Positions 12,021 to 25,225 of a stretch of DNA of 64,000 nucleotides are shown one piece after another; position 1 is the first letter of the stretch; each line of letters opens with the position of its first letter. This DNA is from the human T2T-CHM13v2.0 reference genome, Homo sapiens. The translations under genes and the position numbers were made by a program. The stretch lies in NCBI RefSeq assembly GCF_009914755.1, contig NC_060940.1, one strand, 5' to 3'. The notes below the pieces were generated by a model. That model was not told the origin of the DNA. It saw only the letters and a program-made list of their open reading frames with translations, and did not search any database.

Positions 12021-14459
12021 AATTCTGCCTTATTTTTGTCAATTATTCATTCTTTTCTAAAATATTTCTTAATTTTTGGCTTTAATTTGCTTTATTTTTC
12101 CCCCTAATGTCTTAACTTCTATCCTTAACTCATTTATCTTCTGCCTTTCTTCTTCTGATATCCATGGGCTCAATATTGGTGACTTTGCTTTCATTTGTGA
12201 TATTGATAATTTGGGTCTTTTCTTTCCCTTTTTTCCCCCATAGATAGCAAACTAGAGGTTTATCAATCTTAGCAAACTTTTGAAAGAACCACCTTTTAGT
12301 TTGTTGATTTTCTCGAATGTTTTCCTGTTTCCAATTTTATTCTTTGTGCTCTAATTTTTAAAATTTCTTTCCTTCTGCATTCTTTAGGCTTCAATTCTAA
12401 ATTCTCTAATAACCTAGGATGAAAACTTGCATTATTTATTTAGATCTTTGTTTGTTTTCTAATATATGCATTTAATGCTACAAATTTTCCTCGAACACTG
12501 CTTTTGCTCTATCCTGCGTATTTTGATGTTATATTTTCATTTTCATACAGATTTAAACATTCTAGATAATTTCACATGAAACTTCTATTTTTTAACTTGA
12601 ATTTTTTTCAGATGTTTGGGAACTTTCTAGTTATTTTTCTGTTATTAATTTATAGTTTAATTCCTTTATGACCTGAGAGCATACATTGTATGATTTCTAT
12701 TTTTATAAATTTGCAAGAGTGTGTTTTATGACCGATAATACATGGTGAATGTTCCATGTGAGCTTAAGATGAGTGTGTCTGCTGTTGTTGGGTGAAATGT
12801 TCTCAAAATGTTAATTAAATCTAGTTGAATAATAGTGATGTTCAGGTCTTCTATATTCTTACTGCTTTCCTGCTTCCTTGATACATCAATTATTCCAGCT
12901 ATAATAATGGACTTCTCTGTTTTTAACTTGCCATTCTATCAGTATTTGCCTCATCTAACAACTCTGTTGTTAGTTGTCTACACAGTTAGGATTATTTTAC
13001 CATCTTGCAAAATTGATCACTTTGTCTTTAGGAAATGTTTCTTGCTATCCCAAGTAATCTTCCTTGTTCTTCAGGTTTCTTTGTCTGAAATTAATGTAGC
13101 TCCTTCGGCTTTTATTTTTTATTAGTGTTAACGTGTGATATATCTTTCTTCATCCATTTACTTTTAATGTACGTTAGTCTATATTTAATGTGGATTTCTT
13201 GTAGACAACATAGCTGGGCCTACTCTTTCTATATACTCTGACAATCTCTTTAATTGGTATATTTAGATTGCTCACTTTTCAAGTGATTATTGATATATTT
13301 GAATTAATATCTATCATGCTTTTAACTGTTTTCTATTTGTTGCAGTTGTTTTTAATTTTTTGCCCCATTTTAAGTTCCTTATCTGATTTTAATTGAAAAT
13401 TTTTTTATGATTCTATTTTATCTGCTCTTTTACTGTATCAATCATACTTTAAAAATTGTCAGTGGCTGCCTTAAACTAAACCAAAGTCTATTTTCAAATA
13501 TTAATAATACTATTCTACTTATTATATAGTGCAGGTCCCTTAAAACAGAGTATTCCTAATTTCTCCCTTACGTACCTGACAACATTCATTTGTAATTTAG
13601 GTGAATGTAATATTAATTTGCAATAAAAATTAAATTCATTTAATTTATCCATGTGCTATAAGCACCCAATGCATGATTATTATTTTAAATGTTTGTCTTT
13701 TAACTAATGATTTCATTAACTAAGAATAAGAAAAATAAATGATCTTACTTCTTTTATTTCTTCTTTAATGATCTTCCTTTCTCAATGTAGATCCAGATTT
13801 CTGAGCTATATAACTTTCCTTTTGTCTGAATAACTTCTTCAAACATTTCTTATAGGGAAGGAATGCTCTCGATGCATTCCCTCAGTTTTTGTTTGCCTGA
13901 GAGTCTTTATTTCTCCTTCACTTTGGAAGGATAATTTCTCTGGATATAGAGTTGTAGTTTTATTTTTACTTCTTTCAATGCTTTACATATTTTACTCCTC
14001 TCTTTGCTTGCTTGCTTGTTTTCTGATGAAAAGTCCAGTGTAAGTTTTATCTTTCTTTCTCTATCAGTAATATAGCTACCTTTCGATGCCCTCTGCTTCT
14101 TCCAAAATTTTGTTTTTGTCTTTGGTTTACTGTAATTTGCATCTGATATGACTCAGAATAGTTTTTATTTTGTTTTTAATCTTCATGTTTATTCTCTGAG
14201 TTTCCTGGATCTACAGTTCAGTGTCTGTCATTAATATTGAAAAGTTATTGGCCATTATTACTTCAAGTATTTCTTTGATCTATTATCTTTTCCTTCTGGT
14301 ATTCCACTTACGCATATGTTACAACGTTTATAATTGCCCACAATTCTTGATACTATCTTATGCTTTTCTTTTTTCTTTTTCTATTACAGGTTTTTTTCTT
14401 TTTCTTTTTCTATTACAGTTTTTTTTTTTCTATTACAGCTTGAGAAATTTGTATCTTCT

Positions 14460-14517
14460 TTTCTTTTATATATATATATTTTTATTATACTTTAAGTTCT
14501 AGGGTACATGTGCACAA
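14460..14517 (-). mobile_element. Extremely 5'-truncated L1PA 3' terminus
   Basis: ttttattatactttaagttctagggtacatgtgcacaa is the reverse complement of the L1PA end; flanked by ATCTTCT at 14453-14459 and 14517-14523. Confidence 0.8.
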
Positions 14518-15746
14518 TCTTCTGATCTTTTGTTGGTTGTATTGAATCTGTTGTTGGGCCCATCAAAGGCATTCTTCACTTCTGTTCCAGCATTTTTAAT
14601 TTGTAGCATTTCTCTTTGATTCTTTTGCAGAGTTTTCATCTCTCGATTACATTACCCATCTGTTTTTGCATGTTTTGAGCTTTTTCCATTAGACCCCTTA
14701 GCATATTAATCATAGTTGTTTTAAGCCCTTGTCTGATTTTCAACATCTGTGGCATATTTGAGTCTTGTTCTGATAATTGTTTTGTCTCTGCAGAGTGTGG
14801 GGTTTTTTTTTTCTTACTTTTTGCCATTCCTTGTAATATTTTGTTGAAACCAAAATGCGCTATATCTGATGACAATAGAAACTAAGACAAATAAGTTGTT
14901 AGTATGAAGATTTACATTACTCTGGCTAAGAAATGGGTTACAGTTTAGGTTTGCTATAGGTACTATAGGTACCAGATGCTTCCGGTTCATCTAATGCACT
15001 TATTTCTATTCCTCCTTTTGACTTAAATTCTCTTCAGAGGCGGTCTTTGTTTTTTAAGTCTTTCAACTGTTATCCAGTATTATTGCACTGGACTCCTGTT
15101 GTGTGGTGGTTCGATGTGTAAGAGGAGCAATGTTCTGTAATATTCCAACTCAATTTAAGTGTTTCAGTGGGTTGTTGTCTCAGAACTGTGACCTTCACAA
15201 GCATATCTCTGGTGGTAGAGCTTTTTTCCCTCCTGCCAGCTACTGTCTTTCCTGGCTACTAGGTTTCCAATCTATTTCTGTGACACTCTGACTCCTGTTG
15301 CTTTTTTTTCCTTAGGTAAGACAGGAAAGGTACGGAGGCTGGAATGGGAGAAGTACTGCCCCCCAGTTGGGAGAGGTTCTGGCAAAGTCTTTTCTTCAGG
15401 AGAATAGCCCTTTGTTATGAAGAAAACCCTGAGCATACTTCACAGTCATTCCCTTTCCCACTTCCTGACAGAGCCAGAAGGGAGTCTTTTTCTAATCTTC
15501 ATAGAATGCATGGATGGGTTCTTGGAGGTAAAGCCCACAGAAATGTGGAGCCCTCTAAGACTGTGGTCAGGAACTTCTCACTCTCATGCTAGTCTACACT
15601 CAGTTTCCAGAGATTCACCAAAATTATCGTAGAAGTTTTCCTGTCAGTTTCTGGTGCCAGTGGCTTTTGTTCCAGGTGGATGGATCTCAGCTCTGACTCT
15701 TTGGATGGTCCCGTCCCTCTAGATTTCAGCATGGTGGTGTGTCATG

Positions 15747-16112
15747 TGTACTAGCTTGTGCTGCTATAACCAATACCATAGACTGGGTGACTTAAACAAC
15801 AGACATTTATTACTTATAGTTCTTGAGGTTGAAAAGTCCGAGAACAAGGTGCTACCCAATTCACTTCTTGGTTAGGGTCCTATTTGTGGTTTGCAGATGG
15901 CTATCTCTCTGCTGTGTCTGCACCTGGTGAAGAAAAAGAAGTCTGAGCTCTCTTCGTATTCTTATAAGGGCACTAATTTCCTCATGAAGGCCCCACCTCA
16001 TGACCTTATCAAAATTTGAATACCTCCCAAAGACCTCATTTCCAAATACAGTCACATTGTGGGTTAGGGCTTCAACATAGAATTTTGAGAGGGTGCAATT
16101 TATTCTATAGCA
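15747..16112 (-). mobile_element. MaLR solo LTR (MLT1A-like)
   Basis: TG...CA ends, gctataac..ataccatagactgggtgacttaaacaacagacatttatt; 5-bp TSD tcatg/ccatg. Confidence 0.85.
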
Positions 16113-16270
16113 CCATGAAAGCACAGTTCTCTGATGAGTCTAAGAAAAGTGATTGATTTCTAGTTTGTTTGTCTTTTCTTGTGGTGCAGTGTAGAGCAGT
16201 GTTTCACTCTGAGATGGGTACTGTGTGTGTGTGTATAAATATTCTAATATATTCTAACAGAATAATATGT

Positions 16271-16463
16271 ATATTCTGTAGAATATATATTAGAATAATG
16301 TATATTCTGTAGAATATATATTAGAATAATGTATATTCTGTAGAATATATATTAGAATAATGTATATTCTGTAGAATATATATTAGAATAATGTATATTC
16401 TGTAGAATATATATTAGAATAATGTATATTCTGTAGAATATATATTAGAATAATGTATATTCT
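16271..16463. repeat. 31-bp minisatellite, about 6.2 perfect copies
   Basis: Unit ATATTCTGTAGAATATATATTAGAATAATGT starting at 16271, 16302, 16333, 16364, 16395, 16426 plus a partial copy. Confidence 0.95.
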
Positions 16464-16872
16464 ATAGGAGATAAATATTAATTTCCCTTTAAGAACAGTT
16501 TTTGCTGCTATTTTATTATTTTTTATTGTACATAGGACACTACATAAGAAAAAAATGAATAGACAATTTTAGGCCTAGAAGGCTATCTTTCTGCAAAGTG
16601 TAATTTCATTCACTTTTACAGGCAACCAGAAGCACTGAACCTCTCTGACATCCTCACTTTAATTCCCCACAGATTGGAAAGATGGGAAGTTTACCTTTAA
16701 TCTCCGTGCGGGGCTGTCCCATCTCTGGCTTTCCCTTTATCCTAAAAAGTAGATCCTCTAAATTCTTACAAAAAGCCTATGGAAGCCTGTAAAATATTCT
16801 CTTCTTTGAGGGCTCTAGAACTAAAATTTTGTCCCTAACCCCATGAAAGCTGCTCATAAAACCATGACCAAA

Positions 16873-16895
16873 AACAACAACAACAACAACAACAA
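16873..16895. repeat. (AAC)n microsatellite
   Basis: aacaacaacaacaacaacaacaa. Confidence 0.9.
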
Positions 16896-18814
16896 AACTA
16901 CCCAGCTTCTGTTTCTCCTCTTCAGAAATCCTTTAGTTATCCCTAAAGAGAAAGCCTCAAATGCTGGGCTCACCTCTTTGGGTTTTCTTCTTCTAGATCT
17001 TGGACATTTAATATTTTATTATATTTTTATCTCTTCAACTTTTTTTTTATTCCAAAAGGAGGGTTCAGAATTTCCAGTCTAGCAGTACCATAATGTGAAT
17101 TTTTATAGTTATTGTCCATCTCAATAAAAATTTAGTCTTCCACAAAATCGTACATATAATATCCTAATATAAATGTAAGCTTTATGACTTGTCCACATAT
17201 CTCTCATAAAACAATTTATTGCTGTGTTTCAACAATAGTTACAGATTACAGCCAAGTTTGCATCTTTCATGTCCTTTTTCTCTTCTGGCTATTTGATCTG
17301 TCTTGGGAATTCAAACCCTTTTATGCAAAAGGTACTAAACAGTATATTTTATAACTTGTATCTCCATAGATTCTAATATAATGATTTGCACAAGGGGTCT
17401 CATCAAGTTATCATTAATAATTGTGTTCCTTCAAATAAATATTTTAATAATATTCAGTATTTTTGGAAGGTGGTAGAGTTTGTTAAATAAAATTCCATTC
17501 CCTTTAATTTTGCAAATTGAGATGTATTATACGTGCAGCTCAAAACTTAACATTCTAATTTGATTAGTGGATTCTCATTGCTATTTCTTTATTATAATAA
17601 ATGAATTTTACATTCATAATCAAGACTGAATCAACTTTGTAAGATACAGTCCTGATGTCTTGTTCAACATATGTTTAAAAGTTACTCTCATCTGGGTTTA
17701 TGTTAGCAAATTTTCCACTTTTCAGTAGTTCTTATTTCTGTTTGCTTTTATTATATACTTTTCTAGACTAGATAACCTTTTGGGAGGCACATTTAGTAAA
17801 GATTTATACCTGACATCATAAAATTAAAAAGTGATTTCTATTTGACAGCATGTTGCTATGATTTATTTAGCATCTGAATGTCAGCTGACTATGTCAAAAT
17901 GAATTGTACTTGAAAATAGGTCATGTGTAGGACACATGTAGGTCACAAGAATTCTCACAACAAGGGAGGTTATTAATGACAAGGGGATTTTCATGTTTCC
18001 CTGTTTCTTTGTTGAACTTCTACTGGTGCTGCTCTTTATTTGGATGGAGCTGGACTGATTTCTATATAATTGCAGAGTCTGCTGTGCAACTATGTGTAAC
18101 GGGTCCCATGTTTCTGATTTATAACAGTGACGTTTTAGAGCTTCTTACAAATTGCCATATGGGCATCTCCCTTTATACTTCTTGGCTTTTATACGTGAGT
18201 TGCTCAATTAATATTTGAAAAAGAAATTAGTGCTATTATGCCTCTTCATAAACTTTAGAATCACTTTGGAAATACTCAAAATCCTGTGAGAAACTTTAAT
18301 TCATTAACTCCATAAATTTTCTTGGTTAAAATACATTCCTAAACCGTCTATGAACACCTCATTGAGTTTGGAAATCACCAAGTCTAAAAGAAAAGAAAAA
18401 TACAATGAAGGCTTTTTGGTTTTTATCACGTAAGACATATAAAGTTCATTTTACTTCTAGATATTTTATGTACTTAATGATATAACATATATTCTGTGTC
18501 TATTAGGAGGTTACTATTTATATGCAAGAGTCTTATTGATTATTCAATGTTTATCATTTATTTTTATTTGACTCCAATAATTTTGGGAAGATATAAAGTT
18601 TAATAGAAAAGTTCTTTGTCTATAAAAGTCAGCTGGTGGAGCTGAGTCCCAGTTCAACAATAACCTAAGTTGCATTATTCTAAAATGTGTAAAAGGTTTT
18701 AAACATAAATTATGAGGAAAAACGAAAAAAGCTTCAGATAAAATATTAAATTTCCTCTAGGGTAAGTTGTTTGCTTTCATGTTCTGTTGAAGTGATGCCT
18801 TTTGATGGCTTAGC

Positions 18815-18980
18815 TAAATTATGGGCTTTGGAGTCAGAAAAGCCTGGAATTAAATCCTTGCTCTGCCACTTTCTAGCTGTGTGACTTTAGGCACATAACC
18901 TCTATAATTTTCATTTTCCTCAGTTGTAAAGTGGGTACAAAAATAACTACTTCACAGAGTTGATGCAAATATTAAAGCTA
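18815..18980 (+). mobile_element. MIR
   Basis: ggctttggagtcaga...ctctgccact..tagctgtgtgact..ttcctcagttgtaaagtggg. Confidence 0.8.
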
Positions 18981-19068
18981 GCTAATACATTTCTGCTATG
19001 TCTGATGCTGAGCCCCTAACTTTCATGTTGAAAACATTTAAATTGGTAACATAGAACACAATCACTAG

Positions 19069-19402
19069 TTGTTATGGTCCAAATATTTGTGTCTCCCCAA
19101 ACTTCATATATTGAAATCTTAACCCTCAACAAGATGGTATTAGGTGGGGCCTTTTGGGAGTTGATTAGGTCAAGAGTCCTGTTATGGAAATGTAATTAGT
19201 TTCCTTATAAAAGAGACCCAAAGGAGCTCATTCACCATTCCACGATGTGAGACTACAGCTAGAAAGTGGCATTCTATGAAACATGAAGTAGGCCTTCACC
19301 AGACACCGAATCTGCTGGTGCCTTCATTTTGGACTTTCCAGCCTTCAGAACTGTGAAAAATAAATTTTTGTTGTTTATAAGATACTCAGTTTATGACTTT
19401 TG
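19069..19402 (+). mobile_element. MaLR LTR (MLT1A-like)
   Basis: tgttatggt..tgtgtctcccca...ccagacaccgaatctgctggtgcctt..ttggactttccagcc..aataaattt. Confidence 0.85.
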
Positions 19403-19529
19403 AAGTGAGACCTTCTAAAATATTTTTTCTCTCTGAAAAGTTGTGAGATAATATAGGGAACATAAAAGAATAGGATTTATACACAAACCAGAGGAGTACT
19501 TTAAGAGTGAAACAAAGATCCAAAGCACA

Positions 19530-19660
19530 AAATTAGCTTGGCATGCATTCAAAATGCAAATTTCAGGACCCTCCCCACAAATTTAGTACACAGGTGCAAG
19601 ATTCATTTCTAAAAAAACACCTCAAGTAATCCTGACATATACTAAAGTTCTGAATCTTTA
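19530..19660. mobile_element. MER5-like hAT fragment
   Basis: aaaatgcaaatttcaggacc...cctcaagtaatcctga..ctaaagtt. Confidence 0.5.
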
Positions 19661-20669
19661 AAGGAAGACATAAATGTCCCTGTAATAAAATTATTATTTT
19701 TTAAAAAAGATAAAGAGATACTTAAATCCATGCATTCCTTTGTGAATTGTTATGGCAACAATTCTTCATAGCAAATTGAGGAAAGTTTCCTAGGCAAAGG
19801 AATACATTTGAAACTCAATAGCATGCACTGAACTTTTCATTTATAAAGTAATATAGCATCATATGCATCATTCACAAACATTCTGAAAATTTCCATTAAA
19901 TATTAAAATCCAAAGCAGAATCTTGGTTATGTATGAAAAAATTTCAACAAGTGGAGCAAAAATTGCAAATTTATTGATCAGTTAATAAATATAATAAATA
20001 GTAACTGCATATTTTTCCAAGTGACACTGGCATTAGAAAGTTATTTAAAGTATCCAGAGTGCTACTAAGTAATGCTTTTGCCTGCTGTATGGCTATACAC
20101 TCTTCCTATGTGTGTCTCCATTATTTTATTATTATAAAATTAATACATGCCCATTAAAAAATCTAGATTTGACTGGAATGTGCTGTAAGTCCCATATCCC
20201 CAACCTCACAATTTTCCTTACCCTCCATAAGAGATAATTGCTAAAAGTTTTGAATATGACAATGATATTTTTATTATTAATATAAACTGTATCTTATATT
20301 TATTCTTAACGTTTTCAAAATTTAAATAGCTCATAAATTGATCAAGTGAAAAGTGAAAGGCTGTCATTTGCAGATGTCTTATTCCATTTACCTGTTGGCT
20401 GTCTCTGCCACTGTGCATCTTTTCTCCCAGTCCCTTAAGACCCCAAAATCATTGAACTCACATTAATTTTGAAACAAATGTGAGATCTTTTGGAGGGTAA
20501 TTTAATTAATCATCCAGCTGTTCACTCTGCAAGAAATTATAATTAGGGATTGTGTTAGTCTGCCAGTGGCACCTAGGAAATAGAATCAAAACTATAAGAA
20601 GATCTAAGATCCTCAACCAAAGCTGCACATTACTCTAATTTGGAAAGCTTGTAAAGACATAAGCATACA

Positions 20670-21096
<427 letters not shown>

Positions 21097-21589
21097 TCAG
21101 CCATCCTAAAAGAAATTGAAATAATCAATTTTTTAGGCGAATCATCGGGATTGCCATAGAAATTGAGACTGTAGTGCTCTAGAGGTTGGGTGGGAATAAG
21201 ATTTGGTTAGTGCAATATAGAAAACAGCTAACCTTTCTTACCAAACCTCAGTAAAAAATTTTGACCAGTGGAACAGAATGGAACCTTCTCAGGGGTCTGG
21301 TTATCAGAGTCCAAATATCCATGGAATTAAACAATGTTCTCCTATTTATGTTCTGGGAAACACTAGTCTGGAAATTTGTTCTGCAAAACAACAGCAGCAA
21401 CAATAGCAAAAACAGAGGGGAGCAGTTTTCTGGCCTTATATGTTTGAGATGCGCTAGGTAAGTGTCCCTGCCATGGGTTGATACATTGCAATTTGCACAT
21501 TAGCACATGACATGCTCTGAGAGGCCCTGTAATTGAGACATCCGTTGAACTTTTGTTTTGTTTTTAAGCTCAGTCTTTCTCAAACATAC

Positions 21590-22380
21590 ACATTCAACAT
21601 ATATTTTATTGAGAACCACTTTGAGCTGAACAATGTTCTAGGTGTTACGGATGGAACACAATAAACCTCTCTGCTTTAGTAGAGTTTGTTTTCTAGGAGG
21701 ATAAGATAAACAGGCAGATAATGATCAAATAAGAGAAACCCCTCTTAAAATAAAGAGAAATACAGAGAAAATAGCAAGATATTTATGGGGGGTGTCAGGT
21801 ACACAGGTACTTTAGAGACTGTGATCAAAAAGGGCCTGTCTTGGGGGTAATATTTTAGTCAAAGCTTAAAAGGACAAGAGAAGCAGGGCATGCAAAGATC
21901 TGGGGAAAGAACTTTCAGAGCAGAATGGACTGCTGGTGCGAATCCCTGAGAGAACTGAACCTGGCTTGTTCAAGGAGGTCCAGTGTGGATAGAGCATAAT
22001 GGAAGTGGTTGCTAAAGACTGTGTTTGAATAAGGAGTTTAGATTTTGTTCTAAGTGGCAAAGAAAGTGTTGGGGATGGCATAGTTTAATTTACCTCTACA
22101 AGTGTTACTGTGTGCTCAGAGGGGAAGACATTGGGGGTGATGGCAAAGAACAAAATAATAATAAAGACCAGGAAGAGGCTGTCAGGGAAGTTCTGGTGAG
22201 GTGATGCTTTGTTGAACTGAGTGGTCATATTGAAATAAAGAGATGCCCCGATTTTGGATATAATTTGGAGATGCCATCACAGCTGTGCCTGTGTTATGTG
22301 AGCTTGAACATTTAGTGTATGGGGTACTGGTGGAGTGGGGGCAGAAGGTAGGGGATTGATTGACAAGGAGAATCAAATTA
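21590..22380 (-). mobile_element. L2 fragments
   Basis: cattcaacatatattttattgag..tgttctaggtg (antisense L2 3' end) followed by purine-rich L2 body. Confidence 0.65.
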
Positions 22381-23649
22381 ATTTAACTATAAAACACCCA
22401 ATCTTTTAAAAATGTACTAGAAAATGTTTTGGTAAATGACAGTAAGGGAATATTTGTGAATTAGAAAGAAAAACAGGCAGATGATCAGATACCCTGGGTA
22501 TTGGTGTTTCTAATGTATTTATCTTTGCCTTGTGCAGTCTACATGAGGTTGATCTTATTTGTTGACCCAGTCATAGGCAAGGGACTTATCATGAACCTGC
22601 AAATGTAGTTGCATGTCCCCTTATTATGAAAGAAAGAGGTGGAGGAGAGGAGAAGGAGGACCATGACAAGGAAGGTGAGAAATAAAAATGAAATGTAAAT
22701 TATTGAGAACAACTTCTGCTTCATGCTGACTTCTCCACCTGTAGTCTTAACAGTGTGCTGTGTGGAAGAAAACAAAAGTTGCATAAATGTTGGGTGCTGC
22801 AGTATGTGGGTTTTACAGGTAAGCTACCTATTATGTCGATGCATCCTGATTTTATGGAAGAAACATAGCTCCTGGCCCTACCATATAATGGTTGCAATGG
22901 TTGCAAACACTGGAGGGATTTTTTTTTCTTTCCTTTCTGACCTCTAATTTCCTTGTCTGCAATTTGACTGTGCTAGCTTAGCATCAATTCCCAAGATTTC
23001 TCTAGCTTTCAAATTCTAAAGTCCGTAAGTTTAATTACAGGTCTTTCCAAATTATTATTGCTTCCAATTTCCCTTCACAATTTGAATGTGTGTATCTGGC
23101 ATTGTGCTGCTGAGGTTTAACAACCTGTTAGCTGAGTGTAGCTCCAACTTGAATGTTGCGTGGTACTTTTCTTTATGTTAATGAGTAAGATGAGAAAGTG
23201 AAAGAACCAAAAGACATCATAGCTTAATTCATTCATCAATGATGTAAGCAACTTCTTTGTTGACTCGAATGATTGTTTTTCAACCCTTGGAGAATATTTT
23301 CTCAATTTTTTTGGTGCTATTCACAATGTTAAGTGCTACAGACATGGCACATTTTTACGTTTAATCTACACTTTACAGAAGCAATTTTTATTACAGGTAT
23401 CGTGGTTGAAAACTAGTTTAATGGGGTGGTAGAATTTAAACTCTCTTAAGAAAAAAGAAAAGTTGAAGCGACAGTAATTTCTCTGGATGCAGAGACATCA
23501 TGACATAACTGTTAATGTGATTTTCTTATAGAAGGTAGCACCATTCATAGTAAAATGCAGATCACACATTGCTCATAGACATTATAGGTGACAAGCTGAA
23601 ATGGATGTTCTCCAGATACATTGATGTGCTTCTTTCCCTTTTCTTTTAG

Positions 23650-23817
<168 letters not shown>

Positions 23818-25014
23818 TAAACTGACATAGATATCAAAAGAGATGTTTTAAAAGCCAAACTACAAACTGAAATGGACTTTTTAGCTACGTAAAGAGGTAT
23901 AAAAAATAGGAATAATTTTTGTGGAAAGCTTTTTTGTGCATGCCTGTACATGCCAATATTGACTTTCATGTTCAACTTTAACATTTTAATTCAGAGATGG
24001 AAGCACTTGATAGATGGATAGATACATATTTACTGATACATGGGAATGTATTTCTTCAAATAGAATATTATTGACTATGTTGTAACTTTCAAATATTAGA
24101 AGTTTCCTTCATGAGTTATATTTGATGATATTTCATTTAGGTATCCTGAGTCTAATAAAAGGGACAGTGTTCCATTTAGTTTAACCGTCATGTTATGAAA
24201 CCAAAAAATATTTTTTCTTTAGCCTAAAAACAATATCATGCAATTCACCTTTAAATGTGCTATGCTGTCAGTATAAATTAATAGAAAAAGAGAAGACTTC
24301 TGCCTGAATATAACATGTGTTTAAAATACTTTCACATAAAAAAGATAGAAACCACAGATTTCACTTAGTCTCCTCTTAATGAAGCATTTTATTATATATA
24401 TTTTTTGTGAGGAAGGGACCTAAGAGTTATTGATAGTGCACCTCAAGCCACATTATCCTGTTAGATACACTTTTATTATAGAACAGTGGGTTAGTTAATA
24501 TGATTTACAATTAGCAGACTAACAGTGTGAGGTTTGAAGAGATTCACTAATTTGCTCAGAGCCTCACATATGAAATAATCTGGAAGAGAACCCAGGACTG
24601 CTCAATTCACGACATCGTTTTTTTTTTTCTCTAGTAAACATTTATTTTTAGCTACTAAAGCTTTTTTCATACATACGCTGTCACTTTGTGATGTAAGCCA
24701 AGTTAAGTTCTGATTCACTTTCTTTACATAAAAGAAAAGCAGGTGATAAAGAGATCAAGTGACTTGTTGAAGTTGTCTAAACTCTATCCGACAGAGAGAT
24801 CACATTGCATGGTTTGCGTGGGTACTCTCCTGTATTTCGTGATGTTTTCAGTGTCCATCTCTACCATCAAACATATTTGACGGACCTGATTCCTCCAGGG
24901 CCTACAGAATAATACTAATAAAAGTATTAATATAATATTAATAGCAATAATAGCAGTAACACTAATAGTAATATTAATAGCATTCCTTTCTATAACTGTA
25001 GAAATAGCACCGTT

Positions 25015-25225
25015 TCCTTAGTGCTTATTATATGCACTATTCCAAGCAGTTTACGATTCCTCAAAATAGCCCCGATAAATATTACTGGGTAACTACTCCA
25101 TTTACCTCTTTTGAAAATGAGAAAGCTAAAGCTTAGAGAGGTTGACTTGCTCAAGCCACACAGAAAGGAAGTGGCAGAGCTGGGTTTGCAGCCAAGTTTG
25201 CCAAACTCCAGAAAGCAAGCTTATA
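25015..25225 (-). mobile_element. MIR
   Basis: atgagaaagctaaagcttagagaggtt..acttgctcaagccacacag..ggcagagctggg. Confidence 0.75.

Larger units (their letters stand above)
12030..16200 (-). mobile_element. Old L1M (ORF2 5' part, ORF1 and 5' region), antisense, interrupted
   Basis: Antisense L1 motifs (ggataatttctctggatatag, ttcctggatct..gtgtctgtcattaat). ORF 14636..14875(-) is ORF1-like (MINMLRGLMEK..NMQKQMGNV). Interrupted by an MLT1A LTR and a tiny L1PA tail. Confidence 0.7.

Noticed and set aside
16271-16463. CRISPR-like array
   Set aside because: The units are identical and contiguous with no unique spacers, in a eukaryotic intron.
21440-22830. AGGTAAG motifs at about 21456 and 22817 as recursive sites
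   Set aside because: They are good donor words but have little or no polypyrimidine tract upstream.
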